Counted from the first letter of the stretch, positions 27,654-36,401 are shown. The stretch: DNA of 64,000 nucleotides from an uncultured Acidobacteriaceae bacterium (GCA_963799155.1 CAWCWB010000017.1:980-64979); one strand, 5' to 3'. Notes: a model not told the origin generated them from the letters alone. Numbers and translations are program-made.

Positions 27654-28626
27654 ATGTATATCCCAAAGACATTGACCGAGGCCGTCCGGTACTACTCCGA
27701 CGAGCAGGTTTGCATTGACACCGTTGCGGCGCTGCGCTGGCCGAACGGCAAGCCGGTTTGCCCGAAATGTGGAGCAGAACAGGGCGAACGTAAACACTAT
27801 TGGCTGGACACTCAGAAACGTTGGAAGTGCTACGCCTGTCGGAAGCAATTCAGCGTCAAAGTTGACAGCCTCTTTGAAGATTCCCCCCTCTCTTGATAAG
27901 TGGCTCATCGCCCTCTGGATGCTCTGCAACTGCAAGAACGGAGTGAGCAGCCATGAGATTGCGCGGGAGTTGGGGATCGCTCAGAAGTCCGCATGGCATC
28001 TCCTACACCGCTTGCGCTCCGCTCTGCAATCGCCCGATGAAAACAGGCTGGGCGCTGGCGGCAAGATCGTAGAGATGGATGAGACTTTCATCGGCGGGAA
28101 AATCAAGAACATGCACAAGTCAAAGAGGCCCGAGGGAACGGGCTTTAGTGGTCGTCCTATCGGCGCAATGGCGAAGACCATTGTGGTCGGAATGTTGGAA
28201 CGCGCGGACCGGTTTCGTGCTGAGGTTGTTGCAGAGCGCACCGCGCACGTCCTTCACGGCCTCATAGAGAAGCACATCGCAGATGGCTCTACCCTCATGA
28301 CCGATGAATGGGGCGGCTACAAGGGAACCGATTTGGCGCATGAAATTATCAACCACGCGAACGAGTATGTGCGGGGCCAGGTTCACACTCAAGGGATTGA
28401 AAACTTCTGGTCTTTGCTGAAGAGGGGATTGCACGGCACATACATCAGCGTCGAACCGTTTCACCTGTTCCGGTACATCGATGAACAGGCTTTCCGGTAT
28501 GAGCATCGCGCAACCAAAGACAAGCCCTACACGAACGCAGACCGCTTCGCTATAGCCTTATCGCAGATCGCGGGAAAGCGGTTGACTTGGAACGACCTGA
28601 CCGGCAAGGTGGAGGGGCGATTCTAG
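27654..28626 (+). mobile_element. IS1595-family (ISXO2-like) transposase gene, frameshifted in a C6 run (27883-27888); element ends not defined
   Basis: N-terminal Zn-ribbon MYIPKTLTEAVRYYSDEQVCIDTVAALRWPNGKPVCPKCG..WKCYACRKQFSVKVDSLFEDSP. A second frame then reads SLDKWLIALWMLCNCKNGVSSHEIAREL..IVEMDETFIGG..LMTDEWGGYKG..HANEYVRGQVHTQGIENFWSLLKRGLHGTY. I could not identify convincing terminal inverted repeats. Confidence 0.8.
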
Positions 28627-28880
28627 GAATTCGGCTGGGGCTTTGAGGGGACGTACCTGTATCGCCTATGCCTTGAAACGGGCGCTGCTGGAACGGTCGC
28701 TATACGTTTCTGCATTTCAGCGCGAGGAATGGAGACGATCTTCGACAATGCCTCGGAAAAAGCCGTTGTGACTTCGGGCTGTGGAAATCGTAGACGATTA
28801 GGCTTTCGCATGGCAGAAATTTACCGATCTGCGGTAAACTGTAACGCAGATCGGCTTTTGACCAATTTGCCGATTCGCCC

Positions 28881-28993
28881 GGACGGGCGTAGCTCAATGC
28901 ATAGAGCGCCGGTGGTTTCTACAGCCCCTCACCGCTGTAACGGTGAGGGAACCTGGCCCCGGAGACTGGAGGTTGGAATCCTCCCACTCGTCC
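28881..28993 (+). ncRNA. Atypical tRNA-like RNA gene (about 113 nt) lacking a canonical anticodon arm
   Basis: Has a tRNA-like D-arm (GTAGCTCAATGCATAGAGC) and T-arm (GGAGGTTGGAATCCTCC). The acceptor pairs as GGACGGGCG/CACTCGTCC (9 positions: one C.A mismatch, one G.U). The interior holds a perfect 9-bp hairpin CCCTCACCG-CTGTAA-CGGTGAGGG. A strong intrinsic terminator follows. Confidence 0.4.
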
Positions 28994-29004
28994 CTGGTTT
29001 CTAT

Positions 29005-29038
29005 ACCGGCCTCAAAACATCGGGGCCGGTTTTCTTTT
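29005..29038 (+). terminator. Rho-independent terminator downstream of the tRNA-like gene
   Basis: accggcctc (29005-29013) pairs with ggggccggt (29022-29030) with one G.U. The loop is aaaacatc, followed by tttcttttgt. Confidence 0.75.
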
Positions 29039-29044
29039 GTGACG

Positions 29045-29086
29045 ATAATCGTCGGTCCTTTCGACATAATCGTCGGTCCTTTCGAG
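29045..29086. repeat. Two tandem 21-bp units ATAATCGTCGGTCCTTTCGA(C/G)
   Basis: Read directly. The first unit junction forms the palindrome GACGAT-A-ATCGTC. Confidence 0.85.
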
Positions 29087-29344
29087 AGGTTAATGTTTTC
29101 CACAGACCTCTGTCAAGGAAAAATCCCGGCTAGCCCAATCCGTCGATCCCGATTTTCCGTTCCCTCCGAACTGGGTTAGCCATCGTAGTTAATGCCTCTT
29201 CTAGTAACCCCACCCGGCCACCCCTACATCTTTGAAGCCAAGTACGTCATGGCAAATGGGTTAAGGGTGGGGGGATCCCCCTAAGTCCTTCATTCTAAAG
29301 AGTCGCGTTTTGTAAAGACGTCATTTTATGAGAGTTACGCCGGC

Positions 29345-29462
29345 AGACGGTAGCCAGTGGCCAGTAGCCAATAGCCAGTAGCCAGTAGCCAGTAGCCGGT
29401 AGACGGTAGACGGTAGACGGTAGGCAATAGCCAGTAGCCGGTAGCCGGTAGCCGGTAGCTGG
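29345..29462. repeat. Tandem 7-nt repeats (CCAGTAG/CCGGTAG/ACGGTAG), about 16 units
   Basis: agacggtagccagtggccagtagccaatagccagtagccagtagccagtagccggtagacggtagacggtagacggtaggcaatagccagtagccggtagccggtagccggtagctgg. Confidence 0.9.
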
Positions 29463-29695
29463 CGAGGGAGACTTGGTTGAACGCCTATGAAACAAGTATG
29501 CGCTCAAAGGGGGAAATTATCTGCAAAGTTGGGAGAGAAATCGGGGAGCGGGGATCCGGTGGCGGATCAAGGGGTTAGCGGGTTTGCAGGGCGGTGACGG
29601 GGTGGTGCGAGGGGTTGACAGGGTCAGCGATTGGTCGGAGGAGAGCGGGGGGACGGTGAGGCTTTCGAGGACGCAGGAGCACGTCGATGGAGCCG

Positions 29696-32590
29696 TCAGA
29701 TTGCCAGTTCGGTCTGATCGCCGTCCGCTTCATCTGAGGGCTCGTCAATTTCGGGGGCCCAAGGGACAATGTCGCGTGCGTTCATGCCGGGCTCACGATC
29801 CAGTAGCTCTCTTATATGTGAAAAATCGGGGACCCGAATGGCCTTTGCAATCGCGTTGTCGATCGCGCGGCGGACAGGGTCCGAGTTGAGTCTTGCCAGG
29901 GGGTCGAGCTTCTGATTCGAGAGCCTATCGTAGTGAGCGGCCAGGCGCCTGATGCGAGGTTCGCTTAGCCTCCGCACGTCTAACACGGGCATCGACTCCC
30001 AAGCTGGCTGCTTCATCTGCATCCAGGCGCTCCTTGTGACGACGCGGCGACCGAAGTACAGGAGGAGCGCGAGAGAGCTGTTTAGCCAGAGGAGGAGAGC
30101 CTTTTCCTGGTCAGCGCCGAGAGCGTCTGATTTGAGGGCCCACCAAGTGTTGCCCAATACGTCGGTGTCGAAACCGACGGCGAGCACCTTATGTGTGATC
30201 GGCCAGAGGCGCTCCGCAAGCAATATCCTTCCGGCACGTTCCCAAAGGTGCGGTCCGTAGCCTGGCCCGCGAGGCGATTCGAGCCAAACGGAGAGGCGCG
30301 AATTGGGTTGCTGTGCAATGGTCAGTACGGCGGTCGAGTCGTGCCCCCAGAACGCTGGGTAGGGTGTCCAGTCATCTTTGGTTACCTTGAATCCCTCATG
30401 AATGCGCTTTCGGTCTGGGCCGATGGCGCCGATCAGGTCCAACCTGCAGAGGGGAAGCTTGACCACCTCCCCATCTGGCTCCCAAAGCTTGCTCTTTTCC
30501 AAGAGCCAGTGAGCCCTCATCAGATCGGTCTGCGCGAAGAGGACGCCCGTCCAGGATTCGCCGCGGCGCGGCGGGGGGGTGCTTATCATTTCGCCAAGCT
30601 TGTTGTTCGTGCCCCGGACCGTGGTCACCCCGGAGGACTCGACCGAGGCTGGCTCGGGCGCGCTCGTGAGCCTATTGGCAAGATCGAGCGCCTCGTGGAT
30701 CGAACGCGGATTTCGCCAGAGATTGATATAGGTGGTGCGCCCTGGCGCTTCATTTTCTCTCAACTTTCGTGCAATGAAGAGGATCTCCGAAAGGTCTGTG
30801 TTCTCGGAGAAATTGGGCCTCTCGGCGTCGTGGCTTGCGATGACTGTTTCGAGATGGTAGCTATCAGCAATAAGCTCTCTCGTCCTGGCCCAGGCCTCGC
30901 CGGAAGCGACCGCTGCTGGCAGTACAAACGCAAGTCGCCCCCCGTTTTTCAGCCGCAGATCGGCAAGCGCGACGAAAACACTCCCCAGCCCGGCGGTCGC
31001 GCTTGCGCCGATCTCTTTGACTCGTCGCTTGAGCTCCTTTTGCATGGCGCCTCTCTCGTCTGGAAGGGAGCCAAACAGGAGATTTCCACCAACGCTACGG
31101 ACAAACGGGGGATTCATCACGCAAAGGTCAAGCCTTGGGACGGCGGCGGTCGCCGCGGCGCTGGACGAGGCGCCTGTGCGGATCGTCTCCGCGTGCGAGT
31201 AGTCGAGAGCCATTTGGGTCTCGATCCTTGGCGATGTCAGAAAATCCAAGCTGCCCAGTTTCGGCTCTCCGTGGTCCAGCCCCATTGGCATGACAAAGAG
31301 GTTCATCCGCACGAACGCAACTTCGGGTGCAAGCATCGCCAGGGTCGAGGCGGTTAGGTGAACTGCTGATGGGAGCACGTCATACCCGTAGAGGACGTTC
31401 TCCATCAGTGCCCGGTGCAGCGTGGACATATCTTTAACCGCAAGCGGGAGGCCCTCGTTTGCCCGCCCTCTTATGTAGGCGTCTGATATGGCCTGCGCGG
31501 CGGCCATGAGGAGCGTCCCGGTGCCGCAGGCCAAGTCGGCGACTTTGAACGAGGAGAGCTCGACTGGATCAGTGAAGTCCTGTTTCCATTTCGCCGCGAG
31601 CGCAAGTTTGAGCAGGAGGGTCGCGGAAGAAACCGCCGTGTAATAGGTGCCAAGGTATTTGGCGTCTTGTAGGAGCCAGTGGTAGATCCGGCCCATCAGG
31701 TCGTGGCGAAGAGCGGCCTGTTGTGAGCAGATAGACATGGACTCTGCGAGCAGTGCCCGTGTCGCTATGATGGAATTTACGCTTGAGGGGAGCTCGTTGA
31801 GGATACGCTCGCCTAGCTGGAAAATCGGAACGTAATTGATGTTCTCCCATATCCAACGCCAATGATCTGCGGTCGTTGTGACGGTGTTTTCGTCCTTCAG
31901 CAGCTTGCGCAGCGGCGACATGCGGCCGTCTGTCGCTGCCAGCTGCTCTTGGAAGATGTAGGCGTTTGCGAGAACGAGCGCGGAAACTTTGGCTGCCGTT
32001 TCTCTCCTTAGTTGTGCCTTTTCTGGGGTCTCTCCCTTTGGGGGAAATATCCCAAGAATGGCCGAAAGGCGATCACATGCGCCTTTTTGGCCCATCCACA
32101 GCTTTGCTACGCCGATAAGGCTCCCGGAGAGCGACTTCGCCGTGCGTTCAACGATGTCGTCTTTTGTGAGATATTCCTGGGCGTGGCGCAGGGCGTCCAT
32201 CAGCGATGCTGGGTCGCCCTCAAACCAGGTTTCCGTTTCGTGTGTCTCAGAGACGATGCGATACTTCAGCTGGGAGTTTTTGAGCTTGTCCAGAACCTTT
32301 GCTGTTGATGTGCTGCGAAGTGCCGTAGGGTAAATGGCGGCTGCCGCGATATGCGCGATTCCGCTTCGAACCCGATTACGGGCGTCTTCGAGGACAACTT
32401 GCTCGGCGCCGGGATGGTCCGCGAACTTACCTTCGATGATTACGCGGAGTCCTCGGAGTTCAAACAGAACGTCCGGCCGCTGCTTACCATGGACGTGGAT
32501 GGTCTCGGCATCGGCGGTTACGCCCAACCGCGAAATGAGGATGGCTAACTGTGTATTTATGACCTCCTCGCGGTTTCGTTGCTTTTCCAT
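29696..32590 (-). CDS. Large fused N6-adenine DNA methyltransferase; candidate single-polypeptide Type IIG/IIL-like restriction-modification enzyme
   Basis: ORF 29696-32725; likely start MEKQRNREEV at 32590. SAM motif I is VADLACGTGTLLMAAA and catalytic motif IV is VMNPPFVRS (gamma-class order). The N-terminal segment QRPDVLFELRGLRVIIEGKF fits a PD-(D/E)xK pattern (inference). The ~400-aa C-terminal region could be a target-recognition domain. Confidence 0.7.
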   Translation of the reverse strand: MEKQRNREEVINTQLAILISRLGVTADAETIHVHGKQRPDVLFELRGLRVIIEGKFADHPGAEQVVLEDARNRVRSGIAHIAAAAIYPTALRSTSTAKVLDKLKNSQLKYRIVSETHETETWFEGDPASLMDALRHAQEYLTKDDIVERTAKSLSGSLIGVAKLWMGQKGACDRLSAILGIFPPKGETPEKAQLRRETAAKVSALVLANAYIFQEQLAATDGRMSPLRKLLKDENTVTTTADHWRWIWENINYVPIFQLGERILNELPSSVNSIIATRALLAESMSICSQQAALRHDLMGRIYHWLLQDAKYLGTYYTAVSSATLLLKLALAAKWKQDFTDPVELSSFKVADLACGTGTLLMAAAQAISDAYIRGRANEGLPLAVKDMSTLHRALMENVLYGYDVLPSAVHLTASTLAMLAPEVAFVRMNLFVMPMGLDHGEPKLGSLDFLTSPRIETQMALDYSHAETIRTGASSSAAATAAVPRLDLCVMNPPFVRSVGGNLLFGSLPDERGAMQKELKRRVKEIGASATAGLGSVFVALADLRLKNGGRLAFVLPAAVASGEAWARTRELIADSYHLETVIASHDAERPNFSENTDLSEILFIARKLRENEAPGRTTYINLWRNPRSIHEALDLANRLTSAPEPASVESSGVTTVRGTNNKLGEMISTPPPRRGESWTGVLFAQTDLMRAHWLLEKSKLWEPDGEVVKLPLCRLDLIGAIGPDRKRIHEGFKVTKDDWTPYPAFWGHDSTAVLTIAQQPNSRLSVWLESPRGPGYGPHLWERAGRILLAERLWPITHKVLAVGFDTDVLGNTWWALKSDALGADQEKALLLWLNSSLALLLYFGRRVVTRSAWMQMKQPAWESMPVLDVRRLSEPRIRRLAAHYDRLSNQKLDPLARLNSDPVRRAIDNAIAKAIRVPDFSHIRELLDREPGMNARDIVPWAPEIDEPSDEADGDQTELAI

Positions 32591-32774
32591 TCCCGACCCT
32601 TCGGTGGCGGCATCAAAGGAAATTCTATGCGTTAGCTCCTTCGGCGCCTTGGCTGTCCCCTCAAATTTACATCGGGTGGGGCGGAGTCGGGAGCCGGTTC
32701 CGGGATTGGGAACCACGGCGGGCACGCGGCGCGGCTTCGCCGCGTGCTTTCTTTCTCAAAAAGCGGGCTGGAAT

Positions 32775-33190
32775 TCGCGGGGCTGAAGCCCCACGCTCCC
32801 TCCGTTGTGATCCGGCGCAGGCGGAGATTGAGCGGGGCGACGGGAAGAGCCCGTGGCTAAAGCCGATCTCACGCGGGTCTTCATTCCGGGGCCTGAAGGC
32901 CCCTGCTCCTTCCGTTACGCTCCGGCTTCCGGGGCCTGAAGGCCCGTGTTCCTTCCGTCGCATAAGGCGGGGTTCGTGAGGATGGAGCCCCGCGCTCCCT
33001 CCGTTGTGATTTCCTGCCCCTGAAGGCAAAGGATAGAGGCGCAGGGGCTAAAGCCCGCTGTTTTTTGTTGGCTGCTTTCGGCATGGCTGAAGCCAAGCCC
33101 TGATACAAGGCCGGAGCTTTGCGCGACGCTGAGGGTTGTTGTGTCCCACCCTTTTCGCAATGAGGTCACGAATAGGATGGGGCACCCGGC
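32775..33190. repeat. Dense cluster of dispersed hairpin-repeat modules (R5 x4, R2, R6)
   Basis: ggggctgaagccccacgctccctccgttgtgat occurs at 32782 and a variant at 32983. ggggcctgaaggccc..tccttccgt occurs at 32888 and 32930. The R2 element is at 33042-33109. gtgtcccacccttttcgcaatgaggtcacgaataggatggggcacccg is at 33139-33188. Confidence 0.75.
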
Positions 33191-33192
33191 TC

Positions 33193-34143
33193 TTATTGCT
33201 TCACCAGCTCGACGCGGCGGTTCTTGGCGCGGCCGTCCTCGCTGTCATTCGACGCCACGGGAGCGTAGGGGCCACAGCCGTAGGCCTTCAGCCGAGCGGC
33301 CGGAACCGCGTGCTTCGTCGTGAGCGCGGCGAGCACCGCCTCTGCGCGCCGGCGTGAAAGGTCCATGTTCAGGTCGAGCGCACCCTGGTTGTCGGTGTGC
33401 CCGACGACATAGAGTTTCAGCGTGGGGTCGCCTTGCAGCAGCTTGGCGATCTCGTTCAGGGTCGCGTCGGACTCAGGCTTGACATCTGCCTTGCCGGTGT
33501 CGAAGTAGATGCCATAAACCGAAGCGTGGCCGGTACGGTTGATGTCGTTGGCCAGCGACGCTGCGTTCACGGTGATGAGATCCGACTCCATAGGCTTCAC
33601 TTCGATGACGTAAAGCTCGGCATCGGTTCGGGAATCCGGGCCCTGATCGTCGACCAGCAAGCTCACATAAACGTCGCCCTCCGGCCGCGCCAGCTTCGCC
33701 GAAATATAGTGAATCCCGTGCTCGGGCCCCCAGTAATCAGCGTTGTCGCCGCTGTTGGCATACGCATTTGCAATCGTGCTCCCGCAACCTTGCGGGCCGC
33801 ACGTAAAGAGCGTCTCAAACCCGCCCTTCTTGAGCGCGGCTTGATAGTTGCGAAAGACCTCCAGCACCGTGCGTCCCACTGGCGCCACGTAAACGATGCG
33901 GGTGATCTTCCCTTCCAGATGCTGGTTCTTGGTAATCGTGTTCTCCTCATCGACCGGACCCAGCGGAAGGCTGAACTCATCAAACTCTTTGGTCAGATAC
34001 TTCGCGATATACGAGCCGGGATACCGCGAAATCAAAGGATGGTCCTGGCTTCCCTCCACGTCCTGGTCTTGAGCTGCCGCGAATGTTGCCCACAGACCCA
34101 TCAACAAGCAGGCTGCGGATGCCATGCGAATGAGAGCTTTCAT
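33193..34143 (-). CDS. OmpA-family protein (periplasmic peptidoglycan-binding C-terminal domain)
   Basis: Start MKALIRMASAACLLMGLWATFAAAQ. The C-terminus reads LYVVGHTDNQGALDLNMDLSRRRAEAV..GRAKNRRVELVKQ. Confidence 0.85.
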   Translation of the reverse strand: MKALIRMASAACLLMGLWATFAAAQDQDVEGSQDHPLISRYPGSYIAKYLTKEFDEFSLPLGPVDEENTITKNQHLEGKITRIVYVAPVGRTVLEVFRNYQAALKKGGFETLFTCGPQGCGSTIANAYANSGDNADYWGPEHGIHYISAKLARPEGDVYVSLLVDDQGPDSRTDAELYVIEVKPMESDLITVNAASLANDINRTGHASVYGIYFDTGKADVKPESDATLNEIAKLLQGDPTLKLYVVGHTDNQGALDLNMDLSRRRAEAVLAALTTKHAVPAARLKAYGCGPYAPVASNDSEDGRAKNRRVELVKQ

Positions 34144-34266
34144 TGATTCCTCCCGAAGCGGTGTTTCCTGCAGCCTCCCAACGGCCACAAAGTATACTCC
34201 CCTCGCGGGATTCCGGCTCACTCGTTTTTGGCGCCACCTTCCAGCGGCGCCGGATGGGACGCCTAG

Positions 34267-34356
34267 TTTAGTGGGCGGCGTCGGAGTCGAGGACCGGATC
34301 GAGGGTGACGAGGACGATGTCGTTGGAGCTCATGGGGAGGTTGATGGTGAGGGCGC
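34267..34356 (-). pseudogene. Orphan 3'-terminal fragment of a GH39 gene with its own stop
   Basis: 34299-34356 matches 34590-34647 at 56 of 58 positions (hand alignment). It encodes GALTINLPMSSNDIVLVTLDPVLDSDAAH-stop. Confidence 0.7.
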
Positions 34357-34589
34357 AAGGTTTTGAGCGCGGCTTCGCCGCGTACTTCATTCTTCAAAGA
34401 GCGGGGGACGGTTCGCGGCACCCTTCGGCTCCGCTCAGGGCAAGCTTATGAACTCGTGCCCTTTCAAAGCGGCGAAAGGCAACCGCAGATCCTTCGACTT
34501 CGCTTACCCCATGTTCGCGTGGCGATCACGGGGCCCCAAAAACGCTCCGCTCAGGATGACAATTCTATGGAGCGGGAGTGGTGGTGGGC
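34357..34589. repeat. Insert made of dispersed repeat modules (partial R2 plus R1) lying between the GH39 3'-end copies
   Basis: gaactcgtgccctttcaaagcgg, then ggcaaccgcagatccttcgac...gctcaggatgacaa (34479-34561). Positions 34565-34589 are the unshared last codons and stop of the intact gene. Confidence 0.7.
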
Positions 34590-36187
34590 TCGAGGGTGAC
34601 CAGCACGATGTCGTTGGAGCTCATGGGGAGGTTGATGGTGAGGGCGCCGGCATTGGAGGCGTGGAGGATGCGATCGGTTTCGGGCGTGTCGCGAGTGAGG
34701 AAGTTGAGGTGGGCGATCTGGGGCGGAGTGAGGTCGGTAGGTGAGCCCATCTCAAGGTAGGCGGAGTAGGCGTCGTTGGAGTGGAAGCCGGTGCGGTGGA
34801 TTTGGAGATGGTAGGCGACGCCGGGAACGAGATGCGTGACGCGGAGCGAGACGGGAGCGGCGGAGCGCGCGGGGATGAGCTGGGTGTAGAAGGGACGGTC
34901 GCTGACGTTCTGAGTGGGTTGGGCGAAATCCCAGATGACGGCGGTGAAGTTACGGCCGTCGAAGGCGAGCATAGATTGGGGATCGGTGGAGAGGATCGAG
35001 TCGCCCTGAAGTGCGTGCAGGTATTTGTAGGCGAAGAAGGCGGGCTTGCGAATGCCGTCGCGGGAGATGAGGCCGAAGCCGCCGTGAAATGCGGTGGGAG
35101 GCGGGCCGGATTCCTCGAAGAGATCGGAGTAGGTCCAGTAGCTCATGCCCTGAACGAAGCCGGTGGAGGCTTTGAGCTTGGAGAGGATGTAGGGTGCGCT
35201 GATGTAGGAGTCGTGGACGGGGTCGCGGGGCGTGTAGCTGGTGCTCCACTCAGTGAAGTAGAGGGGCAGGCGCGGGAATGGGGATGCGGAGATTTGCTGG
35301 CGCACGCGGCGCACGTCGCTGATGATGGCGCCGGGCGAGGGATCGAGCTTGACGTCGCTCTTGCCATTGGCGTCGAGGAAGCCGCCGTTGACGCCGTAGG
35401 AGTGAGTGGAGACGAAGTCGATGGAGACGCCGGATTGGTGGACGTGGGCGAGGAAGTCGGGGATCCAGGCTGCTCCGGCGGTGGCGGGACCGCCGACGCG
35501 GAGGTCGGGGTCGATGGATTTGATGGTGCGGGCGGTGAGGTCGTAGAGCGCGAAGTAGGCTTTCTGGTCGCCGCCCTCCCAGAAGCCGGAGAGGTTGGGC
35601 TCGTTCCAGACTTCGAAGAACCAGGAGCGGACTTCGGGCTGGCCGTAGCGCTGCTCGATGTGGCGGATGAAGGCGGCGACGAGATCGGTCCAAGCCGCGG
35701 GCTTGGGGTGCGAGGTGTTGCCGTGCCAGTAGAAGATGCTGTTCCCGGAGGTGGCGAGGGCTTCAGGGGTGAAGCTGAGCTCGACGAAGGGCTTGATGTT
35801 TTTGGCGAGTAGATCGTCGTAGAGCTGATCGATTTTGGTCCAGTCGTAGACGGTTTGGCCGTTGACTTGGCGGACGGTGCCGAGGACGTCGTGGAAGATG
35901 GCGTGAAAACGGATGTAGCGGAAGCCGAGCTCGTCGACGGCGGTTTGGAGTTGCTGCTGGCTGTCGTCGCGGATGAGGGTGCCGGGATAATCGGAGCCGA
36001 CGGAGAGATCAAAGAAGCGATCGACGGAGCCGGAGGTGCGGTGGATGTCGGCGAGAATGACGCGAGGCGGGGGTGGAACGCCGGGCGATGGCGGTTGTGC
36101 TGAGGCGGGAGGGGCGGCGGCCAGCGAGAGGAGGGTGAGGAGGACGGAGAAAACGATTACTGGACGAATTGAGGATTTGTGGGGCAT
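34565..36187 (-). CDS. Glycoside hydrolase family 39 (beta-xylosidase-like), secreted
   Basis: 540 aa with a signal peptide. FFEVWNEPNL is the acid/base segment and LPLYFTEWSTSY is the nucleophile segment. Confidence 0.8.
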   Translation of the reverse strand: MPHKSSIRPVIVFSVLLTLLSLAAAPPASAQPPSPGVPPPPRVILADIHRTSGSVDRFFDLSVGSDYPGTLIRDDSQQQLQTAVDELGFRYIRFHAIFHDVLGTVRQVNGQTVYDWTKIDQLYDDLLAKNIKPFVELSFTPEALATSGNSIFYWHGNTSHPKPAAWTDLVAAFIRHIEQRYGQPEVRSWFFEVWNEPNLSGFWEGGDQKAYFALYDLTARTIKSIDPDLRVGGPATAGAAWIPDFLAHVHQSGVSIDFVSTHSYGVNGGFLDANGKSDVKLDPSPGAIISDVRRVRQQISASPFPRLPLYFTEWSTSYTPRDPVHDSYISAPYILSKLKASTGFVQGMSYWTYSDLFEESGPPPTAFHGGFGLISRDGIRKPAFFAYKYLHALQGDSILSTDPQSMLAFDGRNFTAVIWDFAQPTQNVSDRPFYTQLIPARSAAPVSLRVTHLVPGVAYHLQIHRTGFHSNDAYSAYLEMGSPTDLTPPQIAHLNFLTRDTPETDRILHASNAGALTINLPMSSNDIVLVTLEPTTTPAP

Positions 36188-36372
36188 GGGATGCAGGCGG
36201 CAACTCCTTTAGGACTCAAAAGCGACACTATTATAAGGCGTTGTGGGCCGGCGCCCGCGGTTGGGCTGGGTTGAAGCCGTTGTTGGCGTCCGGGCTGGGG
36301 ACGGTTGGCTGGGGACGCATTGTGGAAATGTGTGCCCAAAAAGTAACGGCGGAGACAAAATCTTCGCTTGCG

Positions 36373-36395
36373 GTTCGCTTTTTATTCGCTATAAT
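36373..36395 (+). promoter_or_regulatory. Candidate LexA box (GTTC-N7-ATTC direct repeat) abutting a TATAAT -10 element; lexA possibly leaderless
   Basis: gttcgctttttattc lies at 36373-36387 and tataat at 36390-36395. The ATG is at 36402, only 6 nt downstream of the -10 element. Confidence 0.5.
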
Positions 36396-36401
36396 GCGCC
36401 C

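Noticed and set aside
27654-28626. Programmed ribosomal frameshifting in the IS1595 transposase
   Set aside because: IS1595-family transposases are normally single ORFs. The shift lies in a plain C6 run with no slippery heptamer plus downstream structure typical of IS1/IS3. Decay or homopolymer error is more parsimonious.
28623-28811. 62-aa minus-strand ORF (MRKPNRLRFPQPEVTTAFSEALSKIVSIPRAEMQKRI..) next to the IS
   Set aside because: It is short, has no SD or family match I can name, and overlaps the transposase stop. Evidence is insufficient to call it a gene.
28881-28993. Calling the tRNA-like locus a standard tRNA, tRNA-Sec, tRNA-Pyl or tmRNA
   Set aside because: It has no 5-bp stem/7-nt loop anticodon arm and no UCA or CUA in a proper loop context. 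At 113 nt it is too long for a standard tRNA, and the tmRNA 5'/3' signatures are absent. It is kept only as an atypical tRNA-like RNA.
27425-29462. Could the GGTTAGT / CCAGTAG arrays be CRISPR arrays?
   Set aside because: The period is 7 nt with no unique spacers of 25-40 nt, no longer direct repeat and no cas genes. They are microsatellite-like arrays.
29696-32725. BREX PglX or Type I HsdM interpretation of the large methyltransferase
   Set aside because: No PglZ, BrxC, BrxL, HsdS or HsdR genes are adjacent. The neighbours are repeats, an OmpA gene and the tRNA-like locus.
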